From positions 2,304,001-2,368,000 of the forward strand of contig OZ244561.1 in assembly GCA_965217585.1 (NCBI GenBank): a stretch of DNA of 64,000 nucleotides, written 5' to 3'. Source of the DNA: Candidatus Latescibacterota bacterium. GTDB lineage: Bacteria; Latescibacterota; UBA2968; UBA8231. Position 1 is the first letter of the stretch. Each line of letters opens with the position of its first letter. The notes beneath the pieces were generated by a model. It worked only from the letters and a program-made list of their open reading frames with translations, did not search any database and was not told the origin of the DNA. The translations under genes and the position numbers were made by a program. Shown one piece after another: positions 27,917-37,054 of this stretch.

Positions 27917-29089
27917 TTGTACACATCCCTTTTGGATATCGCACCCACTGATCTGGTGGACATTGCAGTCGTCGGTTTGCTGCTTTGGGGTCTAGTGGTT
28001 TGGACCCGCCGAGCGCGAATGGCCCTGCTCGGTTTGGCTTTTTTGGGCGTCTTCTACCACCTGATAGCGCAGCAATTCAAGTTGCAGCTAACGACTTGGA
28101 TCCTCCAAGGCTTTTTCGTGTGGTTAGTGGTGGTGGTGGTGGTGGTGTTCCAGGATGATTTGCGCCGGCTCTTTGAGCAGATCGCCACGCTCGGTCTACG
28201 CCGCAAGGCTCCGCGCCCGGACCCCTCCAGCTTGGGAACGCTGACCAGGGGGTTGCATGAGTTGGCCAAGAAAAAGCGCGGGGCCTTGGTGGTCCTGCCG
28301 GGGCGCGAACCGATAGAGCGGCATTTTTTGCAGTATGGGACCCCTTTGGACGCGGAGATCAGCGAAGAACTTCTCGACAGCCTTTTCGATCCCGGTTCGG
28401 CTGGGCACGACGGCGCGCTGGTGATGCAGAATAATAGGATCAAGGAGTTTGGAGTGCATTTGCCGCTTTCCGAGAATAGGGATGAACTGAAGGGAGGTGG
28501 TACGCGGCACGCGGCCGCGTTGGGACTAGCCGAACACAGCGATGCCCTGTGTCTAGTGGTCTCAGAGGAGCGCGGCACCATCGGGATCGCAGCGCGGGGG
28601 CAACTCGAGATTCTGGACGATCCGGACGCGGGCAAACTGGCGGACAGGATCAGAAGCTACTTGCAGCATACAGGGACCCAGGTGAACGCACGCCGCGAGT
28701 GGCGTCGGTGGGGGCGGCGTCTAGTGGAAGGTCTTTTGTCCTTCGCCTTGGCCTTGGGCGCGTGGCTAGCCTTCGTACCGGGCGCAACGCTCGAGGAAGC
28801 AGTGCTCCAGGTGTCCGTAGCCGTAGAGAACATGCCCGAAGGATATGCGCTCGAGGACGTTAAACCTCCAGAGGTGGAGATCGCGGTAGCAGGACCGCGA
28901 CGGGACATGTTTTTGGCGAGCAATGCGGATTTCCAAGTCGTCATTGACGCCAATCTCGTCAAGCTGGGGCGGAGGACCTTTGAGGTATCCGCCCAGTCCG
29001 TGCGCCATGCAACCGGGTTGGAGGTCAAAAGCATCAAGCCAGACAAGGTGAAACTAACCGTGCAGAAAGCGCGAGGAGATGCGCGATGA
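27917..29089 (+). CDS. cdaA: Diadenylate cyclase (CdaA/DisA_N) fused to a YbbR (CdaR-like) domain
   Basis: N-terminal TM helices, FQDDLRR, HDGA, GTRHAAALG, VVSEERG; further TM helix then YbbR-like P.EV.I.V.GP. Confidence 0.88.
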   Translation: MYTSLLDIAPTDLVDIAVVGLLLWGLVVWTRRARMALLGLAFLGVFYHLIAQQFKLQLTTWILQGFFVWLVVVVVVVFQDDLRRLFEQIATLGLRRKAPRPDPSSLGTLTRGLHELAKKKRGALVVLPGREPIERHFLQYGTPLDAEISEELLDSLFDPGSAGHDGALVMQNNRIKEFGVHLPLSENRDELKGGGTRHAAALGLAEHSDALCLVVSEERGTIGIAARGQLEILDDPDAGKLADRIRSYLQHTGTQVNARREWRRWGRRLVEGLLSFALALGAWLAFVPGATLEEAVLQVSVAVENMPEGYALEDVKPPEVEIAVAGPRRDMFLASNADFQVVIDANLVKLGRRTFEVSAQSVRHATGLEVKSIKPDKVKLTVQKARGDAR

Positions 29090-29266
29090 AAATCGCCTTG
29101 CACGATAGCGGCGAAGAACATTTGCAGCTTATGCGCCAACTGGGCGTCGAGTACGTGGTTAGTGCGGTAGGGCCGGGGCTTCACCGCGCCTTTAGGCGTG
29201 ACAATCTGGTGCCCTTACGACTTGGGGTATCTGAGGGCGGTACTGCAAACCATTGAATCGCTGTGA
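29086..29266 (+). pseudogene. Collapsed remnant of a mannonate dehydratase (UxuA)-like gene
   Basis: N-terminus MKIAL...LQLMRQLGVEYVV followed about 50 nt later, in a shifted frame, by YDLGYLRAVLQTIESL*, resembling UxuA termini. Confidence 0.45.
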
Positions 29267-29276
29267 GAGGCACGGC

Positions 29277-30011
29277 ATGGTATTGAGCGAGCAACAGATC
29301 GCGTTTTTTAAGCAGCAGGGTTATTTGATTCTGGAGAACTTCATCGCGCCGGAGCAGATAGCCGCTTGGCGCGAGCAGTTCTGGCAGCACGTGGGTGGCG
29401 CTCCAGCAGACTCGGCGAGTTGGCCCGATAGCTATGTGATCGACGGGTTTGCGGTCGAACCGGCCTTTGGGCAGCTTCCGCAGATGCAGGCGGCGGTCGA
29501 GGCTATGGGCGGGGGGCAGTTTCGCGGCGGCGGCGGGTCCATGCTGGTGCAGTGGCCGAGCTTGGGAGAAGCGTGGGACTGGCCGGCCCAAGGGCATATC
29601 GACGGCTACGGGCCGGGTGGCTGGAGCGGCGGTTTTATGCTGGGGGCGACCGCCTATCTCGACGATGTGGAAGCAGGCGGCGGGGCCTTTGTTTACTGGC
29701 CGCAGAGCCATCTGCCGACCCACGCATATTTCCGCAAGCATCCCGCCCACATCGACGGCCGTTTCCGCGACCGCGAAGATTGGGAACCGCGTCAATGGGG
29801 GTTGTTTTCAGACCGCTCGCCCCAAGGGCCGGAGCAATTTGTGGCACGGGCCGGGGACGTGATTTTCTGGCACTGCTTTATGTGTCACACCGGCTCGACC
29901 AATATCCGCCCCCAGCCGCGGCTGGGGCTTTTCGCCCGCTGGCACTACGCCGAGCGCGAGGCCATGCGCTATGAGGTGCCAGAGGACCTGTGGAAGTACT
30001 GGGCGATCTAG
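29277..30011 (+). CDS. PhyH family Fe/2OG dioxygenase
   Basis: FKQQGYL, GHID, AGDVIFWH...CHT...R. Confidence 0.85.
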   Translation: MVLSEQQIAFFKQQGYLILENFIAPEQIAAWREQFWQHVGGAPADSASWPDSYVIDGFAVEPAFGQLPQMQAAVEAMGGGQFRGGGGSMLVQWPSLGEAWDWPAQGHIDGYGPGGWSGGFMLGATAYLDDVEAGGGAFVYWPQSHLPTHAYFRKHPAHIDGRFRDREDWEPRQWGLFSDRSPQGPEQFVARAGDVIFWHCFMCHTGSTNIRPQPRLGLFARWHYAEREAMRYEVPEDLWKYWAI

Positions 30012-30128
30012 AACGCCGTCCTGCGGGGCTACCCCAGCCACCGTTGAAATTTGCCCGTTTTGGCAAAATCGTATAATTTTTGTAACACTTTGTCCGCTAC
30101 TATTCACCTTTCATCCTCGGGAGCTACC

Positions 30129-30374
30129 ATGGCTAAGTCGATGTTTTCTCGGGAAGTCGCCCTCAAGCTGGAAGGCGAAATCAACGCCTTTCAAGCCTGT
30201 CGCAGCCTGTCCCACCGCGCACGAGACATTAACATAGAGCGCAAATTGCATGAAGCCGAAGGCGCAATTCCCGAAGAAGATCAGCCCAATTCGTCGGCCA
30301 GTGCCATGCTGGACTTTGCCGAGGGCCGCATCACCCTCTTGCCAGAAGAGAGTGCGGACTCAGACGAGATCTGA
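30129..30374 (+). CDS. rpoZ: RNA polymerase omega subunit-like protein
   Basis: N.F...LS.RARDIN...P....AM.DF.EG.I pattern of omega; 81 aa; RBS ggag. Confidence 0.6.
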   Translation: MAKSMFSREVALKLEGEINAFQACRSLSHRARDINIERKLHEAEGAIPEEDQPNSSASAMLDFAEGRITLLPEESADSDEI

Positions 30375-30487
30375 GCCCGCCGCTAAGCTACAGCCCACCT
30401 ACGCTTCGCTGCCGTCTCCAACAAAAAATCATCGCACTATCGGTCGCGTAGCTGTGCTTGCTGACTGAGCGGAGGCTGGGAATCGGG

Positions 30488-30508
30488 CCGCCTGCTCGGC
30501 GGGTTTTT
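30488..30508 (+). terminator. Possible intrinsic terminator
   Basis: ccgcc tgctc ggcgg g ttttt. Confidence 0.4.
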
Positions 30509-30595
30509 ACGTTTTCTGCCCTCGGTGCATAGTGCTTTCACCCTTTGCCACAGCGCGAAAAAGGCGCTTCCACTAAACGCCCTAAAGGAGGCGTC

Positions 30596-31534
30596 ATGGA
30601 CCTAGGAAAAAACTGCTGTCCCCGCCGCCGTTGGGGCAAGACCGAGCTTTCCATACCCGTGATTCCATTCGGGACGCAAGGCTTTGGCGGTCACTTCGGG
30701 CCGGTCAACGACGAAGAGGCCATGGCCCTGATGCGCCGGGCCGTCGATTTGGGCGTCAATCACTTCGACTGCGCCCGCTGCTACGGCGACTCGCTGCACA
30801 AGCTGGGTCGAGCGATCAAGGAAGGCGTTATCGCCCGCAACGAGATCATCATCAGCGGGCGCGTATGCTGCCACAGTGCCGCCGCGTGGGGCGGCTACGG
30901 CGAGGGGCGGCCCGACTACTCGGCGGCGCGGGCCTTGGCCGATGTTGAAGACCAGCTAGCAATTTTGGGGATCGAGAAATTCGACGGGCTTTTCCTCCAC
31001 GATCCGCACGAGATAGAACCAACCCTTGAGGCGGGCGGCGCGCTCGAAGGGCTGGAACGGGCGCGCCAGCAGGGTGCCGTGGATTTCATCGGCTATGGCA
31101 TGAGGCCCCACGATTTTCACCTCGCGCACATTGCTTCGGGCCGCACCGACGCGATGCTGTGCTTCAACGACTACAACTTGCTCCGGCAGAGCGCAACCGA
31201 CGCTATCCTGCCCGCGGCCGCGGCTGCCGACCTCGGAGTACTCAACGGCTGGTCGATCATGCGCGGCTGGCTGACGGGCGTGCCCGTGGAGCACTTTATA
31301 CCACGCGACAAGTGGGGCGAAGATCAGCATCGGGCCGAGGCCATGCGCTTGTGGTGCAGCGAACAGGGCATCGACATGCTGGAACTGACGTTGCAATTTT
31401 GCCTACGAGAGGAACGGATCCACGGCAACCCAATCGGCTCGCTGAACATCGAGCAGCTAGAGCGAAACGTCGCGGCTGCCATGGCCACTGTAGCGGACGA
31501 AACCATTGCCGCATTTAGGGGCGCGGCGCTTTGA
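30596..31534 (+). CDS. Aldo/keto reductase
   Basis: R.WGKTEL, GVNHFDCARCYG, FLHDP; RBS aggagg. Confidence 0.85.
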   Translation: MDLGKNCCPRRRWGKTELSIPVIPFGTQGFGGHFGPVNDEEAMALMRRAVDLGVNHFDCARCYGDSLHKLGRAIKEGVIARNEIIISGRVCCHSAAAWGGYGEGRPDYSAARALADVEDQLAILGIEKFDGLFLHDPHEIEPTLEAGGALEGLERARQQGAVDFIGYGMRPHDFHLAHIASGRTDAMLCFNDYNLLRQSATDAILPAAAAADLGVLNGWSIMRGWLTGVPVEHFIPRDKWGEDQHRAEAMRLWCSEQGIDMLELTLQFCLREERIHGNPIGSLNIEQLERNVAAAMATVADETIAAFRGAAL

Positions 31535-31552
31535 ACAGGAGAAACCACGCGC

Positions 31553-32323
31553 ATGAGCGCTGCTGAAGAGTACTACGCGCAGACGATGGAGTTGTTGCAA
31601 CGTCTGCGCGACACCCAAATGGACTCTATAGACCAAGCCGCCGAAATCTGCACCGAGAGCATTGCCAACGGCGGGTTGGTCTTTCTCTTTGGTGCCGGAC
31701 ACTCGCGGATGATGTGCGAGGAAATGACGCCGCGCCAGGGATGTTTCGTGGGCTTTTTTGCGTTGGTCGAGCTAGCAGTATCGACCCATGCGTCAATCGT
31801 CGGCACCAACGGATTGCGCGGACCGCTCTTTTTGGAGAAGTACGAAGGCTACGCCGAGGAGATTCTGCAAGGATTCGAGTTCGGGTCGCACGATGCCTTT
31901 ATCTTGATTTCGACCAGCGGCATTCGGCCCCTGATCGTCGAGATGGCCATGGGCGCTAAGGCGCGCGGCTTGCCCGTGGTCGCCATGCTGTCGAAGCCGC
32001 ACGGCGACCAGTCGCCGCCAGCGCACTCGTCGGGCCAGAAGCTGATGGATCTCGCCGACGTCGTCCTCGACAACCAGTGTCCGCCGGGAGACTGCGTGAT
32101 CGAACTAGAGGGGCTGGAGTGGCGGACCGGGCCGGTATCGACGGTGACCGGCGCAATGATGATGAATATGCTGCGTTGCGAGGTGGCCGAGCGGTTGTTG
32201 GCGCGGGGGATAAAGCCGGAGCTATTGCCGAGCCATCAGTTTGTGGGCAATACAAGTGCAGAAGAGCAGCTAGAGCGGTTTTACGAGGGCTACCGCAAGA
32301 GCCTCAAGCATTTGTACGAGTAG
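31553..32323 (+). CDS. SIS-domain sugar isomerase family protein
   Basis: FLFGAGHS, ISTSG, LADVVLDN..P.GD, GPVST. Confidence 0.88.
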   Translation: MSAAEEYYAQTMELLQRLRDTQMDSIDQAAEICTESIANGGLVFLFGAGHSRMMCEEMTPRQGCFVGFFALVELAVSTHASIVGTNGLRGPLFLEKYEGYAEEILQGFEFGSHDAFILISTSGIRPLIVEMAMGAKARGLPVVAMLSKPHGDQSPPAHSSGQKLMDLADVVLDNQCPPGDCVIELEGLEWRTGPVSTVTGAMMMNMLRCEVAERLLARGIKPELLPSHQFVGNTSAEEQLERFYEGYRKSLKHLYE

Positions 32324-32375
32324 TAGTCAATTTCCGTTCCAACGCCTCATTTACAAAACCCCTTTCCACCGAACC

Positions 32376-33155
32376 GTGGGCACTCTCGAGAACAAGGTTT
32401 GTCTGATCACCGGCTCTACCGGCATCGCCGAAGCCACGGCTCTGCACGCAGCCGAGGAAGGGGCCAAGGTATTCGTCACCTCGCGCACGGAAGACCATTG
32501 TAAGGCACTCGCCGAAAAATTGGGTGCCCAAGGGGCGCAGCGGGCAGCCGATCTGACGCAATGGGAACAGGTCGCCGCAGCCGTGGGGGCCTGCGTGGAG
32601 CAGTGGGGGCGGATCGATGGGTTGTTCAATGTGGCGGGGATCAGCGGGCGGCGCTTTGGCGATGGGCCGCTGCACGAGTGTACTGAGGAAGGGTGGGACG
32701 CGACGTTGGATGCCAACGCCAAGAGCATGTTTTTGGTGTGTCGCGCCGTGCTGCAACAAATGTTGACCCAAGAATTGCGCGAAGACGGAGCGCGGGGGGC
32801 GATCCTCAACATGGCCAGTGTGTTGGCCTTTTCACCGGAGCGGAAGTTTTTTGCCTCGCACGCCTATGCGGCCAGCAAGGGGGCCATTGTGTCGCTGAGC
32901 AAGGCCATGGCCAGCTACTACGCGCCGCACGGGATTCGGGTCAATGCCATTGCGCCGGCGCTGGTGGAGACGCCCATGAGCCAGCGGGCTGGAGAAAACG
33001 CGGAAATCATGGCGTTTATGCGCGATAAGCAGCCGCTCGGGGCGATGATGAGCGCAGCGGATGTGGCGGGGATGGCGGTCTTTTTATTGGGGGACCGAGC
33101 GCGGGCGATTACCGGAACCGTGGTGACCGTGGATGCAGGTTGGTGCGTGAGTTGA
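32376..33155 (+). CDS. Short-chain dehydrogenase/reductase
   Basis: TGSTGI, NVAG, YAASK, IRVNAIAP. Confidence 0.92.
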   Translation: MGTLENKVCLITGSTGIAEATALHAAEEGAKVFVTSRTEDHCKALAEKLGAQGAQRAADLTQWEQVAAAVGACVEQWGRIDGLFNVAGISGRRFGDGPLHECTEEGWDATLDANAKSMFLVCRAVLQQMLTQELREDGARGAILNMASVLAFSPERKFFASHAYAASKGAIVSLSKAMASYYAPHGIRVNAIAPALVETPMSQRAGENAEIMAFMRDKQPLGAMMSAADVAGMAVFLLGDRARAITGTVVTVDAGWCVS

Positions 33156-33169
33156 CACAAGGAGGGCGC

Positions 33170-34147
33170 ATGAAAGAATACGTCATTGGCTTTGACGTGG
33201 GCGGCACCCGGGTCAAAAGCGGCGCGGTGACTCGGCGGGGGCGAATGCTGGCACCGGGTATCAACCCGTCGGGATTTGCGCTGGGCATGGGCAATTTGCT
33301 CAAGACGCTCAAGGAGGAGGTCGCGCGGATTTCCAAGCGGCTAGGCGGCAAGCCGCAGGCCATTGGCTTGGGTTTTCCCGGAGCCGTGGATCCCGAGGTC
33401 GGCGTGGTGTACATGCCGGGCAAAATTAAAGGGCTGGAAGGCTATCCGATAGTCGAGCGGCTGGCCAAGGCTACAGGTGTGCCGGTCATCGCCGACAACG
33501 ACGGCCGCATCTCCATCTACGCCGAGCGCTACTACGGCCTAGCGCAGGATGTGGACTGGGCGGTGACCATCACTCTCGGCACCGGCGTCGGCTCCGGGGC
33601 CTTGCTCGACGGCAAAATCCTGCGCGACCCGCATCTCCAGTTCGGGACGCAGATGAGCCATATCGTCATGCAGGCCCTCGGCGGACGGCTGTGCCTGACC
33701 AACGCGCGGGGCACCGCTGAGATGATGTGCTCGGCCACGGCCCTGACTCAGCAGGTGCGGGACGGGCTGGCACGCGGCATTCCCTCGGTCCTGAGCGACC
33801 AGTACTTCAAAGACCCTAGCTCAATTGATTTCAAGGCCGCGATCCGTGGCGTCAAGCGCCAAGACCGGCTCTGCATGGACGAACTGGAGCACTGGACCCG
33901 CAACTTGGGCTGGCTGCTGGTAAGCGCGGTACACGTGTATGCTCCCCAGCGGATTATCCTCAGCGGCGGGGCGACCAATGCGGCCGAGCACTTTCTTGAA
34001 CCGCTGCAAAAGCAAGTTGACAACCACTTGTTCCGCTATCCGGCGGGCGCAGGCGTGCCAATTGTCCTGTCCAAGCTGCGCGACCACGCCGGCGTTTTGG
34101 GGACGGCGGCAATCGCTTGGGAAAAGGCGGATGGAGAAAAGACGTGA
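33170..34147 (+). CDS. ROK family sugar kinase
   Basis: DVGGT, GFPG, DND, TLGTGVGSG, SGG. Confidence 0.9.
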   Translation: MKEYVIGFDVGGTRVKSGAVTRRGRMLAPGINPSGFALGMGNLLKTLKEEVARISKRLGGKPQAIGLGFPGAVDPEVGVVYMPGKIKGLEGYPIVERLAKATGVPVIADNDGRISIYAERYYGLAQDVDWAVTITLGTGVGSGALLDGKILRDPHLQFGTQMSHIVMQALGGRLCLTNARGTAEMMCSATALTQQVRDGLARGIPSVLSDQYFKDPSSIDFKAAIRGVKRQDRLCMDELEHWTRNLGWLLVSAVHVYAPQRIILSGGATNAAEHFLEPLQKQVDNHLFRYPAGAGVPIVLSKLRDHAGVLGTAAIAWEKADGEKT

Positions 34148-35172
34148 AAGAGCAGCCCTTACGCACCACCGTTATCGGCTCCTACCCCTTCCCAAGCTGG
34201 CTCGAATACGCATCTGAGCATCTAGCGGCCTTCGGGCCGGACGATATCGCCGAGATGCAGGACGACGCGGTCGTTGCCGCGCTCGGCGACCAAGTGCGCG
34301 CCGGGTTGGACGTAGTCACCGACGGCGAGCAGACCCGCTTTGACTTCAACCTCTCCTTTTACGGCTATCTCCAAGGCATCGACCTAGAGTCCGCACCGCC
34401 TAGGCACTTCGGCCCGCCCGCCCACGACCAGCGGGGGCGTCACGCAATCACTGGACCGCTGCAAGCGCCGCACGGCTTGGGCGCGGTGGAGGAGTTTGCG
34501 CGGCTCAAGCGGCTAGCGCCAGCAGGGCCGACGCTCAAGGCCAGTGTGCCGGGGCCTTATACGTTGAGCGGCCGGCTCGTCCCCAACGATCAGTATCCGG
34601 ACCGCTGGGCAGTGACCGAGGCGCTGTTGCCGATTGTGCGGAGCGAGCTGGAGGCGCTCTGTGCGGCGGGTTGCACGGAACTGACCGTCGATGAGCCGTC
34701 GATGAGTTGCTATGCCCACCGCGAGGATCCAGCGCGCTTCGTCGATATCTTCAATCGCACGGTCGAATCCGTCGCCGGGCAGTGCCGACTCTCGACCCAT
34801 CTGTGCTTCGGCAACTACAAGGGCCGCGCCGTGGGGTTGCGCCGCTACGCGCCCATGTTCCCGGCCTTCTTGGACATGCAGGTCGATGAAATGCACGTCG
34901 AGATGGCCAGCCGCGAATTCGCCGAACTGGAGACCATCGGCCCGATCGCCGCAAAGATGGACGTGGCCGTGGGGATCATCGACGTCAAGAGCTATTACAT
35001 TGAAACCGTAGAGGACATCGCGGCGCGGGTCGAGGCGTGCTTGGAGTATGCCCCGGCCGACAAGCTCTCTTTCGCGCCCGATTGCGGGCTGAGCCAAACG
35101 GCGCGCTGGGCAGCGAAGCAAAAGCTGGAGAACATGGTGGCTGGAGTGCGCGCCGTGCGGGAGAAGCTGTGA
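34144..35172 (+). CDS. Cobalamin-independent methionine synthase II-like protein (catalytic domain only)
   Basis: IGSYP, TDGEQ.R, PGPYTL, DEP; Zn ligands HLC...E...PDCG; no N-terminal folate-binding half. Confidence 0.88.
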   Translation: MKEQPLRTTVIGSYPFPSWLEYASEHLAAFGPDDIAEMQDDAVVAALGDQVRAGLDVVTDGEQTRFDFNLSFYGYLQGIDLESAPPRHFGPPAHDQRGRHAITGPLQAPHGLGAVEEFARLKRLAPAGPTLKASVPGPYTLSGRLVPNDQYPDRWAVTEALLPIVRSELEALCAAGCTELTVDEPSMSCYAHREDPARFVDIFNRTVESVAGQCRLSTHLCFGNYKGRAVGLRRYAPMFPAFLDMQVDEMHVEMASREFAELETIGPIAAKMDVAVGIIDVKSYYIETVEDIAARVEACLEYAPADKLSFAPDCGLSQTARWAAKQKLENMVAGVRAVREKL

Positions 35173-35197
35173 GAGGATTGCCAACGCGGAGGAAGAA

Positions 35198-36175
35198 ATG
35201 AGCTATAAACCAGTGGCTGCCCAGCGGCCCGATCGCTATAAAGTCTCCACGGCGGAATACGCCCAGTACCAGAAACAGGGGTTCCTCGTTGTCGAGCGCT
35301 TGGTCGATATGGAGGAAGTGGAAGAACTCAAAGCGCATGTCATGGCCATGCTCAAGGGCCAAATCGACGTTCCCGGCCAAGAGCCTCCAGCCCCGGAGGC
35401 GACGGATGCAGAGTTGGTACAGCGTTTCACGCGGGTACACCAACTGCACCGCTGGGACGCCACCTGCGAGCGCTTTTTACTGCACCCGCGCATCTTGGAC
35501 GTTTTGGAGGCGCTCATCGGGCCGGATGTGCTGGCTTTGCAGACCATGCAGTTTTTCAACGCGCCGGGCATGGGCGGACAGGGTTGGCACCAAGATTCCT
35601 ATTACATCACGACCTACCCGGATACCCTCATCGGCGCTTGGTTGGCCTTGGAGCGGGCCGACGAGGAGAATGGCTGCCTGTGGGTCGCGCCCGGGTCGAA
35701 CCACGAGCCTATTTATCCCGATGAAGGCCGGGGGCACCTAGTCCACGCCGAGGGGGCCTTTGACGAAATTGAGGTTGTAGAGGGGATTAGCCATCTCGAC
35801 GACGAGGTCAACACGCTGTCGGGTGTGGCGCGGCGCTACGGAGACGCAGTGCCAGTGGTGGTGGAAGCCGGCGATGTGGTGTTCTTCCATCCGCATCTCC
35901 TGCATCGCTCCCATCCCAATCAGTCGCCCGATCGCTGGCGGCGGGCTTTTGTCAGCCATTACTGCAACGCCCGCTCCTGGGTTCCGTGGAATCACGGGGC
36001 GGCCTATGAGGGACCGGCGGCTAATTACAAGCACATCCTAGCGCGGGGGCGGACCCATCTGCCCTTTGCCCGTCCCGCGTTCGGCACGCCGTGCGCGGCA
36101 TTGGCGACCGATGCGAATGGCGCTCCCGAGCGCATGGTGGCGAGCGGGGGCGATATGGAGAAGCAGGAGGCCTAG
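35198..36175 (+). CDS. PhyH family Fe/2OG dioxygenase
   Basis: WHQD, ENGCL...PGS, GDVVFFH..LLHRS..N.S...RR. Confidence 0.9.
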   Translation: MSYKPVAAQRPDRYKVSTAEYAQYQKQGFLVVERLVDMEEVEELKAHVMAMLKGQIDVPGQEPPAPEATDAELVQRFTRVHQLHRWDATCERFLLHPRILDVLEALIGPDVLALQTMQFFNAPGMGGQGWHQDSYYITTYPDTLIGAWLALERADEENGCLWVAPGSNHEPIYPDEGRGHLVHAEGAFDEIEVVEGISHLDDEVNTLSGVARRYGDAVPVVVEAGDVVFFHPHLLHRSHPNQSPDRWRRAFVSHYCNARSWVPWNHGAAYEGPAANYKHILARGRTHLPFARPAFGTPCAALATDANGAPERMVASGGDMEKQEA

Positions 36176-36978
36176 GGCGTATGATCCGTGTCGATGGGTG
36201 CTTCGTCCTTATCTAGAAAGCGCTCGGTGGTATTGTGGGTCGCCGGGCTAGTGCGGAAATCGGCGATCCAAGGCTGGCGGAAATAAGCCTGCTTTTCGCG
36301 CGACAGGCTGTGCAGCACCACCGGGGGGATCTTCAGCCGGTGCCAGTGAGTAGCCAAATGCGAATAGGCGTTTAGTACGGTTACGCGCGGGGTGTCGCGG
36401 TTCCACACCGGTCCGGCGTGGCACAAATTTTCGGTGAAAAAAACCGCGCTGCCGGCCGGGCAGGCGTATGTGGTGAGGAAGGGACTGCGCTTGCCCTCTT
36501 CCAGCGACCGATGGTCTTCGTGGATGGGGAATTCCGACTTGTGGCTGCCGATTAAGAAATGGGTGCTCTGGTCTTCTAGCGCAATATCGGTCAATTCAAA
36601 AATAACCCGCACCATACCGGCGTGGATGCGTCCGTTTTTCACCCGATAGCCAAAAATGGGATCGGCTTGCCCAGGGCCGCCCCCGTGCAGCGCGCCGTGC
36701 TCCTCGCCCTTTTTGCGCCAGACGCAGCTACAGCCTTCCAGCCTTATATCGGGTCCAATTACTTCCCGAATCACATCGACCACTTGGGGATGGTCGATCA
36801 GTACGCTGGCCGGACCGCCGGGCACGTCGCGGTGTTCGGGTGGCAGCGATTGGGGGTCATGTTTGATGCGGTCGATCTGATCGACGATAGCGGCGACTTC
36901 GTCGGGCTTCAAAATGGCGGGGCGCACCAAAAAGCCGGTGAGGTCAAAGCGGAAGCGTTCTTCTTCGGTCATAGCCAT
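36172..36978 (-). CDS. PhyH family Fe/2OG protein with non-canonical HxG motif
   Basis: FDLTGFL, LHGG, GSHKS, AGSAVFFTE.LCHAG...R. Confidence 0.8.
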   Translation of the reverse strand: MAMTEEERFRFDLTGFLVRPAILKPDEVAAIVDQIDRIKHDPQSLPPEHRDVPGGPASVLIDHPQVVDVIREVIGPDIRLEGCSCVWRKKGEEHGALHGGGPGQADPIFGYRVKNGRIHAGMVRVIFELTDIALEDQSTHFLIGSHKSEFPIHEDHRSLEEGKRSPFLTTYACPAGSAVFFTENLCHAGPVWNRDTPRVTVLNAYSHLATHWHRLKIPPVVLHSLSREKQAYFRQPWIADFRTSPATHNTTERFLDKDEAPIDTDHTP

Positions 36979-37054
36979 GGGAATATCTCTCGGGAAGCGT
37001 TTTTCTAGTGAGTATAGGAGACGGGCCGGTCTTGTGAAGCCAGGACCGCCGGCC

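Noticed and set aside
30434-30535. SRP RNA, 6S RNA or tmRNA identity for the hairpin
   Set aside because: Lacks the SRP GGAA-loop/AGCAG motif and tRNA-like ends, and is too short for 6S; kept only as an unassigned candidate.
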